Shown here: in pieces, positions 1 to 7,045 of the stretch
How the letters are laid out: each line of letters begins with the position of its first letter
Position numbering within the stretch: the first letter of the stretch is position 1
Origin: a virus
Lineage: Duplodnaviria; Caudoviricetes
Reading direction: 5' to 3' (one strand)
IMG/VR virus record: IMGVR_UViG_3300023184_000121
Location: 1 to 62,817 of that record
DNA: 62,817 nucleotides
Position numbers and translations under genes: made by a program
The notes under the pieces: model-generated
The model's database searches: none
What the model was told of the DNA's origin: nothing
The model's input: only the letters and a program-made list of their open reading frames with translations

Positions 1-162
1 CGCCCTCCGGGAGGTGATCGATTGGGCAGAATTCCCGGCGCCCGGTCGTCGGGCAGTCGTACGCGGCCTCAAAACGATAGGAGCCCGGGCGGGAGTATGC
101 AGTGGTCTTCTTGAATGCGCGGAATGCTTTGAGCAGTTTCATAATATAATAATGGATGGATG
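1..162. repeat. Terminal direct repeat, left copy (matches 62656-62817); contains the 5' part of the same small minus-strand gene
   Basis: Manual alignment: 14 mismatches in nt 1-95 and identity over nt 96-162. Confidence 0.9.
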
Positions 163-244
163 GATGGTTAACTCTGACGGCCTCGTCAGTGCCCGCTTTA
201 CGGGTCAGACCGGGGAGGATTGAACTGCCCCGGTTTCGGCCTAA

Positions 245-511
245 TTAGCGAGAAGCCCGAAACGCTGCTTGAGCTGGCGCCAGAACATTTAACTCCCAGT
301 CCCACTTGAGCTTGAGAGCTGTTGACCGCACGCTGTCGTGGTCGTTGTCTGGCCCAAGGGTTGCGAGGTCACAATAAGCGAGGAACACAGGGTCTTCAGC
401 GAGATCGTTTGGATTAGCGAGCTGCCGGGCTACCCGGGTAACTGCGTTTGGGTTAGCGATGTCTTCACGGACGAGGCCGAAGGCGGGGTGGGTGTAGTTG
501 GATGTTTTCAT
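245..511 (-). CDS. Hypothetical early protein (88 aa)
   Basis: ORF with an AT-rich leader, downstream of a conserved promoter-like motif. Confidence 0.65.
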   Translation of the reverse strand: MKTSNYTHPAFGLVREDIANPNAVTRVARQLANPNDLAEDPVFLAYCDLATLGPDNDHDSVRSTALKLKWDWELNVLAPAQAAFRASR

Positions 512-528
512 AGATAGATAAAGTAATG

Positions 529-590
529 ACCGACGCCACTAATGAAAGCAGGTCGGCCATTACCCGTACAGGATTTTTTTAAAAAATCTG
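529..590 (-). promoter_or_regulatory. Early promoter-like motif, copy 1
   Basis: Minus strand AGATTTTTTAAAAAAA..CTGTAC..GTCGGT, with the same spacing as copies at ~59893 and ~61998. Confidence 0.6.
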
Positions 591-631
591 CATCTGTCCT
601 ATAAATGGGTCAAACCCAAGTGCTTACACAA

Positions 632-1303
632 CTACAGAATTCTGTAATTTCCACAATTCAGCTCCAAAAGACCGCCTCCTTCCTTGCTCCGGGACATTGC
701 AGAATCACCGACGCTTGCCGCTAAAGCTTCAGCTTTTAGGTTCGAGATGATTATGGTGTCCTTCATGTCGGCGTAACGTGCGTCTATCAAGTGGGTTAAC
801 TTGGCATCTTCAAACGGAGTGTCTGATCGCACTTGGATCTCATCAATGATCAGCAAAGACGGCGATATGAACGGCTTAATCGCGTCCCGGTCGCTCGTCT
901 TCTGGGCGCCCCCAAAGGAAGCCCTGAGATCCATGAAAAGGCCCATTGCGGTCGTGTAATAAACGCTCCTGCCGAGGTTTGCCTGCGATCGAGCCAGCGA
1001 CACTGCCATCTGGGTCTTCCCGGTGCCCCTTGGCCCGATAATGCTCAGCACGGCGCCCCGCTTGTTCAGCATGGACTCAAGCCCGCGCTTGTTCTCGAGC
1101 CACTCGTCACCATGCAGCTCTGCTTCCTTCGTTGTCAGGTGCCGCTTCGGCAGGTGAGACGCTTGCAGTATCTTTGCTGCCTTCTCCCGGATCTCCCGGG
1201 CTTGAGCCTCGCGCTCCCTCTCGGCGTACTCCTCCGAAGGTAAGCTGATTGACCGATACTGCTTCATCAAACTCTCTGCTACGCTGCTCGCTTCTGTGAT
1301 CAT
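632..1303 (-). CDS. DnaC/IstB-like AAA+ helicase loader
   Basis: Walker A GPRGTGKT, Walker B LLIIDE, LIDARY...TIIISN; follows the initiator gene; start uncertain. Confidence 0.85.
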   Translation of the reverse strand: MITEASSVAESLMKQYRSISLPSEEYAEREREAQAREIREKAAKILQASHLPKRHLTTKEAELHGDEWLENKRGLESMLNKRGAVLSIIGPRGTGKTQMAVSLARSQANLGRSVYYTTAMGLFMDLRASFGGAQKTSDRDAIKPFISPSLLIIDEIQVRSDTPFEDAKLTHLIDARYADMKDTIIISNLKAEALAASVGDSAMSRSKEGGGLLELNCGNYRIL

Positions 1304-2063
1304 GTTTCTGCTGTTTTGATTTATGGACTGTTTTTTGGTCTGGTTCGTACAAACTGCTCCATCCACCCATGATTGAGTGATGAATGGCAAGAATGGCCTT
1401 TTCCGCTCCAATGGTGGCACATCTCAAGAGCGATAGCCTCTTTGCAGTCGGAGTCATGCCGACTCGATTCTTTTTATCGAGATCGATACGGTGCTGCACC
1501 CATTGATCCCAAGCTTCGCAAAACTCTGGCGTATTCAACTCTTCCGGGATGGCAGGGGCATCCCCCGGAGGGGGGACTGAGGGGGATTTCTTGGTTCTGG
1601 TTCTGGTTCTGGTTATTGGTTCTTGGTTACTGGTTAACGGTTGGCATCCCTCACGCGGGGATTCCTCACGCGGGCATACCGTCGGCAGGTTTTCCTGTGC
1701 CGGGGGCAGGTTTCTTTGTGCCGGGGGCAGTGTTTTTGACTGGTCTGAATATCGCTTCAGCGCACGCTGCCGTTGCACGTCTCCAAACTCCCGAAATCTT
1801 TTCAACTCAGCGTCAGCTCGCTTGTTGGAAAACTTGCCGTCTTCCATTACCGGGAAGAACTCGGAAAGCACCGTAGAAACCGCATGACGCTCGTCTCTAG
1901 ACCGGGCTGATATCTTTCGGCAAAGCGCCTCAACATCCCCGGAAATTGGGCCGCCGTTGAGGTAATAAACGTCGAGGATCCGGCTATAAACGCCGTGCTC
2001 CAGCAGGGACAAATGCCCGCAATCCCTCAAATAGTCGCCAATATGGCGAGGGTAGTGATTCAT
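1107..2063 (-). CDS. Replication initiator, YdaU/DUF1376-type (lambda O-like)
   Basis: N-terminus MNHYPRHIGDYLRDCGHLSLLEHGVYSRILDVYY; internal iteron-like repeats; C-terminal AWDQWVQHR domain. Confidence 0.85.
   Translation of the reverse strand: MNHYPRHIGDYLRDCGHLSLLEHGVYSRILDVYYLNGGPISGDVEALCRKISARSRDERHAVSTVLSEFFPVMEDGKFSNKRADAELKRFREFGDVQRQRALKRYSDQSKTLPPAQRNLPPAQENLPTVCPREESPREGCQPLTSNQEPITRTRTRTKKSPSVPPPGDAPAIPEELNTPEFCEAWDQWVQHRIDLDKKNRVGMTPTAKRLSLLRCATIGAEKAILAIHHSIMGGWSSLYEPDQKTVHKSKQQKHDHRSEQRSREFDEAVSVNQLTFGGVRREGARGSSPGDPGEGSKDTASVSPAEAAPDNEGSRAAW
1590..1732. repeat. Iteron-like repeats, putative replication origin within the initiator gene
   Basis: 21-bp unit ggcaggttt(t/c)(c/t)(c/t)tgtgccggg x2.3; cctcacgcggg x2; (tggttc)-type 6-mer array. 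Confidence 0.65.
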
Positions 2064-2483
2064 TTAGAATAATGGATAAATTTCGCATTCGATGGATGGC
2101 TCTTCGCCTTTGGCCGCGTACCACTTTTCTGTCTGGCACTGGCAGATTTGAGCATCGTCCAGCCAGAACCCGTCTAGCGAGTCCCGGAGAGGCTTTTGCA
2201 GGTTGTCGTCGTCTGGTCGCCTCCAGCACCTAACTCGACCGTCTGGATCTGATTTCCGCCCAAAGGCCTTCGGGCGTGCGAGCACAAAGACAAAACGAAC
2301 CCCGACCGGGCCTTCCATCGGACTGGTCGGGGCGTGTTGTCTGGCAAAAAGGCGCACGGCGTCCTGCCAGCGTGACACCTTACCTTCCTTGAAAAACATG
2401 ATCCTCCCTCCCCGGGAGCAGATGCGCTTGCCAGCGGTCTGGGACGACATCGGCGCTACGGGAAGGGTGAATCTGTAGGTCAT
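2064..2483 (-). CDS. rusA: RusA-family Holliday junction resolvase
   Basis: RPDDDNLQKPLRDSL...DDAQI motif. Confidence 0.85.
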   Translation of the reverse strand: MTYRFTLPVAPMSSQTAGKRICSRGGRIMFFKEGKVSRWQDAVRLFARQHAPTSPMEGPVGVRFVFVLARPKAFGRKSDPDGRVRCWRRPDDDNLQKPLRDSLDGFWLDDAQICQCQTEKWYAAKGEEPSIECEIYPLF

Positions 2484-2677
2484 AAGAGGTTGTTGAATTG
2501 GTCGGACTGGCAATTCTCACATCGGTAGAGATTCTTCCGGGGGTTGCCCCTGTCACGATGAGTAATGTACAGAGGCGTCCCGGAGATCACGTCCTTTCCT
2601 CGAATCTGCTCACTGCAATCGTTGCAAATAAACACATCCTTCGGAGAGACTTCCCGAGAAGAAAGCAGTTCGGCCAT
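2480..2677 (-). CDS. Small Zn-ribbon protein
   Basis: CNDC...CENC; ATGA coupling with rusA. Confidence 0.6.
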   Translation of the reverse strand: MAELLSSREVSPKDVFICNDCSEQIRGKDVISGTPLYITHRDRGNPRKNLYRCENCQSDQFNNLL

Positions 2678-2681
2678 AAGC

Positions 2682-3257
2682 TTAGAACGGGATATCGTCG
2701 TCCGCGAGATCTTCAGTAAATGTCGCGGCATTCACGGTCTTCCGGGGCGCTGGGCTGGCAGCCTTCGGAGCGGCAGCCCGGGGAGACGCATCAGCGTTCT
2801 CAAGCGCCTTTGTTCTGCGGGCAAGCATAGCAACTAGCGCGTCGGCTTTTTGCTTTGGCATGACCTCTCGCTCCTGCGATGAATCCGGGTTGTTGACCCA
2901 CTTGATTCGCACAGACGGCTTACCGTTGTAGTACTCGGTTTCACAGACCAACTCAGCCTCAAGCCCGACGAATGTGAATTTCCCGGCGTGCAGGGACGAC
3001 CAGTCGCCATTGAATCCAAAGGCTTTCTTGAGCGTCTTGAGCGTGTTCTCAAAGGCCGCGTCGGTTAGATATCCACGCCAATTAATGTACTGCCCGTCTC
3101 GATCCGGGTTTTCGGCGCACATAATTTGAAAAGGAATTTCAATGAACGGCTTTCCCGGCCCGCCATCTTTTCCGGCAGACTCATCGAACCATCCGGCCAG
3201 TGGTTCGCGCACGATTGCTGTGTATGTTCCCGGAACGTCTAAATATCTTGATGCCAT
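2682..3257 (-). CDS. Phage single-stranded DNA-binding protein (DUF669-like)
   Basis: Acidic C-terminal DDDIPF tail; PGTYTAIV start; adjacent to the Sak4-like ATPase. Confidence 0.75.
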   Translation of the reverse strand: MASRYLDVPGTYTAIVREPLAGWFDESAGKDGGPGKPFIEIPFQIMCAENPDRDGQYINWRGYLTDAAFENTLKTLKKAFGFNGDWSSLHAGKFTFVGLEAELVCETEYYNGKPSVRIKWVNNPDSSQEREVMPKQKADALVAMLARRTKALENADASPRAAAPKAASPAPRKTVNAATFTEDLADDDIPF

Positions 3258-3261
3258 AAAT

Positions 3262-4170
3262 TTACTTTTTGAGTTTTGCTTCCAATTTTGCGACTGCTTC
3301 TTCTAGTTTTTCAAGTGGCATAGTCTCTGGAACCATGCGTGCGACCTTCTCTGCGACCTCGCCCTCAAACTTGCATTGAGGCACGAGCTTTCTAAACAAC
3401 GCGCACAGTTCAGCAATGCGCTTTTGCTGAGCGGCAAGAGCAGCGAGCCCGGCCTTCGCCTCCTCATCAAACGAGTGCCAGTTCAACTCAATCGTCGCAG
3501 GAAGGTTGAATCGGTTTTTCGCATCCCATCCCGGATGCCAAACGGTGTGAATCAGGCGCCCTCCGTCAACAAGGCGCTCACTCTTTCCGTCCTTGGTGAC
3601 AAAGATGTCGTAGGTCGCGAACAGAATCGCATCGACCCATTCTTTAATCTTCCCGGAGAACTTCTTGTGACCCTTCAAGCTAAAGCGGTCATGCGTCGGC
3701 TGCCCGGGCGTTGAGTGCGTCTTAATCTCGACGTGCGAAAGCAAGATGATGTGCATCCCTTTCTTCCACAACGCCTCGAGTAGTGAAAGCATCGTTGCCA
3801 ACTCCAGCTCGGCGACAATGTATCCCTGCCCGAAGTCGTAGGCGCTGATGTTTGCTTTTTTATCCCGGTCGCAGATGTGCTGGTGAATCAAGGCTTCCAG
3901 CCAATCGACGGTGTCGATGACAATCGACTTAAATGGGCTTTTCCCGGCAGTTCCCACAAGCTCTCGCAGGAACTCTATGAGCTTCGGAAAGCTCTCTGGC
4001 TCGAAGCGGTCAACACTGGGAAGACCAACCAATCCATTCTCCGCGCAGACAAAGATAGGCGCCGGAGAGCTGGCAGCGAACGTCGATTTTCCAATGCCTT
4101 CAGGCCCAGCAAGTATTACGCGATACGGGAGGTTCTGCTCTCCCTTTTTGATTTGTGATAATAGACTCAT
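3262..4170 (-). CDS. AAA_24 / Sak4-like ssDNA-annealing ATPase
   Basis: GPEGIGKST, IVIDTVDWLE, EWVDAILF, AKNR motifs. Confidence 0.85.
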   Translation of the reverse strand: MSLLSQIKKGEQNLPYRVILAGPEGIGKSTFAASSPAPIFVCAENGLVGLPSVDRFEPESFPKLIEFLRELVGTAGKSPFKSIVIDTVDWLEALIHQHICDRDKKANISAYDFGQGYIVAELELATMLSLLEALWKKGMHIILLSHVEIKTHSTPGQPTHDRFSLKGHKKFSGKIKEWVDAILFATYDIFVTKDGKSERLVDGGRLIHTVWHPGWDAKNRFNLPATIELNWHSFDEEAKAGLAALAAQQKRIAELCALFRKLVPQCKFEGEVAEKVARMVPETMPLEKLEEAVAKLEAKLKK

Positions 4171-4185
4171 ATTAATGTACTTATG

Positions 4186-5232
4186 TTACTGCTTTACGAA
4201 GTGCTTCAGATACGCTTCTGCTGCATTGTGGAACATGGTTCCCAGCAGTAGCGCCTCGTCTTTTTCTCCAACCCGCTCAACAGGTTCTTCGTAGCGGAGA
4301 AAGTGTAGTCGCGCACAACGGCGCAGGGTCGAAAGCCTCGAGTTTGTCAGGAACTCCTTGTCGCCTTCCTTGGACTCAAGTTCAGCGTGCTTCTGTTTTG
4401 GAGCGTAGTTCACGCCGTCCACAGACGCCCGGGAGGCGCACAACTCGAGGAACTCGCAAGTTCCGAATTGGAGGCAAGCAGACGGGTTTCGAGGCCACAA
4501 CTTTCGCTTCTTAAAGTACAGCAAAGTCTGGGAATGCGCCCATGCGTCGTTCATGTACTCGAGGAGGTCAACGTCCGTTCGTGCGATCTCTCGCTGGGCA
4601 AAAATGGATCCCATGTTCGAGCGGATGTACTCGAGGTTGCGATTGTAGAACTCGACCGGGGTTTCTTCCCGGGACTCAACGGAGTATCCCAACTCGGTGT
4701 CTCCAGTCTGGCGCCACTTCTTGCCATCCTTCGTCATCACTCGGTTGCCAAAGGTGTCACGCACGACTTTGTTCCCCTCGGCGTCCAGTAGCGCGATCTG
4801 AGAAGGTCTCAAGCCCGGCTTCTTCACGACGTCGTAGAGTGAAGAGAAGCACTCTAGACCCTGCGACTTTAGGTACAGGACGTATTTGGATGGCTGGGTG
4901 TCCATCGTCAGGCGCGGCCAGTAGTCGCTGTCGGACTCGATAGAGTCGGATGTCGTCTTATGCTCGAGTACCTTGTACAGGCCGCTCGTGCGGTCACGGA
5001 TGACAGCGTCAATTTTTCCCGCCTCCACAAACGTCCTCGAGGCCGATTCAGTCTCGGGGTTCAACAGCGGCATCTGGAATTCCAGCTCCACATTCAAGAC
5101 ATCATGGCTATCCAAGACAGGCTGAATTGCGTGCGTCCAGCACTCAAACATTGCCCGCGCCTTCGCGGATACAAAGGTCATTTCCTCCGGGAACGTAGAC
5201 GTCCCGGACTTCACTGCATCGATCTGATTCAT
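4186..5232 (-). CDS. PD-(D/E)XK Cas4/AddB-like exonuclease, apparently circularly permuted
   Basis: GKIDA...EHKT catalytic motifs, C-x5-C-x5-C cluster; the usual N-terminal S-x-L-x4-C...GT-x2-H block lies at the C-terminus. Confidence 0.8.
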   Translation of the reverse strand: MNQIDAVKSGTSTFPEEMTFVSAKARAMFECWTHAIQPVLDSHDVLNVELEFQMPLLNPETESASRTFVEAGKIDAVIRDRTSGLYKVLEHKTTSDSIESDSDYWPRLTMDTQPSKYVLYLKSQGLECFSSLYDVVKKPGLRPSQIALLDAEGNKVVRDTFGNRVMTKDGKKWRQTGDTELGYSVESREETPVEFYNRNLEYIRSNMGSIFAQREIARTDVDLLEYMNDAWAHSQTLLYFKKRKLWPRNPSACLQFGTCEFLELCASRASVDGVNYAPKQKHAELESKEGDKEFLTNSRLSTLRRCARLHFLRYEEPVERVGEKDEALLLGTMFHNAAEAYLKHFVKQ

Positions 5233-5250
5233 AGAATAATAAACTGACGG

Positions 5251-5421
5251 TTAATAAGTGTAGATGGTTCTGCCGGGGGCGACTTTCACTGACTTTGCCG
5301 TCGATTGCCCCCACTTAATCGACGAGAAATTGCTGCGAAACTTGGTCTTGTCCACTGGCCGGGGTCTGGATCCCTTTCCGAAACCGGGCCTGTTGTACTC
5401 CTTGAAGAGTCCGTCTTTCAT
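5251..5421 (-). CDS. Small conserved phage protein (56 aa, GKGSRPRPVD motif), absent from the ORF track
   Basis: Manual translation MKDGLFKEYNRPGFGKGSRPRPVDKTKFRSNFSSIKW...; ATGA overlap with the upstream ORF. Confidence 0.65.
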   Translation of the reverse strand: MKDGLFKEYNRPGFGKGSRPRPVDKTKFRSNFSSIKWGQSTAKSVKVAPGRTIYTY

Positions 5422-5561
5422 TTTTTGCCGGGCTTAGATTTAAGCCCCCCAATCTTACTGGAAAGGCTCTTGCGTGTCTCAGGCTTGATGCGCGTGTTCC
5501 TGAGCCGTTCTTGAGCATCAAGAACCTCCTGCTGGCGCTGAATGTCGTTCTTTTTTTTCAC
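5418..5561 (-). CDS. Small basic protein (47 aa), absent from the ORF track
   Basis: Manual translation from GTG: MKKKNDIQRQQEVLDAQERLRN...PGKK; fills the gap in a tightly packed operon. Confidence 0.5.
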   Translation of the reverse strand: MKKKNDIQRQQEVLDAQERLRNTRIKPETRKSLSSKIGGLKSKPGKK

Positions 5562-5563
5562 GG

Positions 5564-5809
5564 CTACTTTTTGAGTTTCATCGCCCGGGTCGTTGGGGCT
5601 CCCGTGTTCTGAATCAACTTGCGAGCTGGCTTTTCAGACGGAGTAGTCACCCGTGCTGATTTTGTTGTGGTGTCCGGGCAGCAGGCTCGTGCAGCAGCAG
5701 GGTTTGTCCCGATCGCTTTAGACGAGCCCTTGTTGGCGCCCATTGGGTTAACCCGGGCTGCCCTCTCGGAGGTCTTGTAGCCGGGAACATTCGTACAGTC
5801 TTTTTTCAT
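5564..5809 (-). CDS. Small basic hypothetical protein
   Basis: ORF coupled to its neighbours. Confidence 0.55.
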   Translation of the reverse strand: MKKDCTNVPGYKTSERAARVNPMGANKGSSKAIGTNPAAARACCPDTTTKSARVTTPSEKPARKLIQNTGAPTTRAMKLKK

Positions 5810-6042
5810 AGTCGGTCGTAGTATTGGTTGATGACTTCTTCCACAACGTCGAACGCAAATTCAACCGTCTCCTCGACGTTGCTGCGCTGGAGCGATGGGT
5901 TCGCCATGATCCCCTGAAGTACCTTGAACAGGCAGAGATCTCTCGCGTTTACCCCAGTATTGAATGCGACCGGGGGATTTACATCGTCTCCCGGATATGG
6001 CGCCACAGGGAAGGCGTTCCAGCTAAGTGCTCCTTTTTTCAT
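5806..6042 (-). CDS. Small hypothetical phage protein (AFP...G-x-x-x-RD...QGIMANP family-like)
   Basis: AFPV..., GVNARDL...LQGIMANP motif seen in small phage proteins. Confidence 0.6.
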   Translation of the reverse strand: MKKGALSWNAFPVAPYPGDDVNPPVAFNTGVNARDLCLFKVLQGIMANPSLQRSNVEETVEFAFDVVEEVINQYYDRL

Positions 6043-6088
6043 AAAATGACTAATCTCCTTGTTTTAACTAGCTGACACATACCGTCAA

Positions 6089-6754
6089 CTAGAATTGCTT
6101 GTTTTCCCAAAAAAGCTTCGCAGACGCCGTAGTAAATGTCGGCTTGCCGATCCTTTGATTTACCGAGTTGTGTAACAACACAGTCCACTCGAAGAAGTTG
6201 CCGAAGTCTGGCGGAGTCTGTTCCATGTAATCCTTCAGGTGCTTCTCGCACGGGCATCCCTCAAACGGAATCCCGGAAACCCAGAAATCCAGCCAGTATC
6301 GCAAGTCCCGGGCTGGTAGAACCTGAGAGTCAACCCGGAGAGCGTACAGGTGAAGCTCTGTCCAGTATCTGCTTCCATGCCGTAGCAGTGCGCTCTTGTT
6401 TAACTCGTTACGAGCATCAATCCGCCCCAGCTCTCGCCAGACATTCATAGCCCACTTGTTGTGCTCTTCCCATTTGACTGACAATGCGATTGCCAACTCG
6501 CGCTCGATTGCTATGGCAATCTGCCTCTGCCTAAGAGTCTTGGGAGCCAGTTCGCCTTCTCGATTTGTGATTCCGTCTCGACGGCACAGAAAAGCCTCCA
6601 CAACCTCACGGAGAGCTAATATCAAGGCGTTTGTCTCCTGCCTGCCGTAATCCGGCACTGTCACGAGCAGTTCGTCAGGAGAGATCCACGACCAGTCCCC
6701 GGCAGACGGCTTTCTCATTGCCGCCGGGTCTAACGTCTTTATGGTCAGGTTCAT
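6089..6754 (-). CDS. Fusion protein with a C-terminal Erv1/Alr-like FAD sulfhydryl oxidase domain
   Basis: WTELH...IPFEGCPCEKH...PP...FFEWTVLLHNSVNQRIGKP matches the Erv/Alr W-x3-HN-x-VN-x2-(L/I)GKP signature. Confidence 0.7.
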   Translation of the reverse strand: MNLTIKTLDPAAMRKPSAGDWSWISPDELLVTVPDYGRQETNALILALREVVEAFLCRRDGITNREGELAPKTLRQRQIAIAIERELAIALSVKWEEHNKWAMNVWRELGRIDARNELNKSALLRHGSRYWTELHLYALRVDSQVLPARDLRYWLDFWVSGIPFEGCPCEKHLKDYMEQTPPDFGNFFEWTVLLHNSVNQRIGKPTFTTASAKLFWENKQF

Positions 6755-6771
6755 TGATTGCAACCCCTACT

Positions 6772-7041
6772 CTATTTGCAGTTCCAGCGTTTAAGTGATG
6801 CGGCTTTACGGGTTGGGCGTCCTTTCTCGTCTTTCATTGGCCCGGGATTGCCCTTCATACGGGCACAGAACGAAGCCTTTCTGCCAGCGTCGGCCTTGGT
6901 CTTTGGGTGCGGCGCAGGCGCCTTCAGGTTGCTGCCAGTTGCCGCGTTGATTTTGGCTCGGCCTTTTGCAGTGAGTCCGGCGCCCCGGGAAACAGGAAGC
7001 TTATCTCCCTTTGATACAGATAGTTTTGGCGTTTTTGGCAT
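6772..7041 (-). CDS. Basic phage protein, DUF6321-like
   Basis: GLTAKGR...RKASFCARM...SLKRWNC. Confidence 0.7.
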   Translation of the reverse strand: MPKTPKLSVSKGDKLPVSRGAGLTAKGRAKINAATGSNLKAPAPHPKTKADAGRKASFCARMKGNPGPMKDEKGRPTRKAASLKRWNCK

Positions 7042-7045
7042 ACGA

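Noticed and set aside
632-1303. IS21 element (IstB ATPase)
   Set aside because: No IstA transposase or terminal inverted repeats; it follows a replication initiator, so a DnaC-like loader fits better.
4186-5232. Cas4 as evidence of a CRISPR-Cas system
   Set aside because: It is a solo Cas4-like nuclease in the usual Sak4-SSB recombination module, with no array or other cas genes.
5315-5521. 68-aa ORF from the track
   Set aside because: Two ATGA-coupled shorter ORFs in other frames (5418-5561 and 5251-5421) fit the operon packing better.
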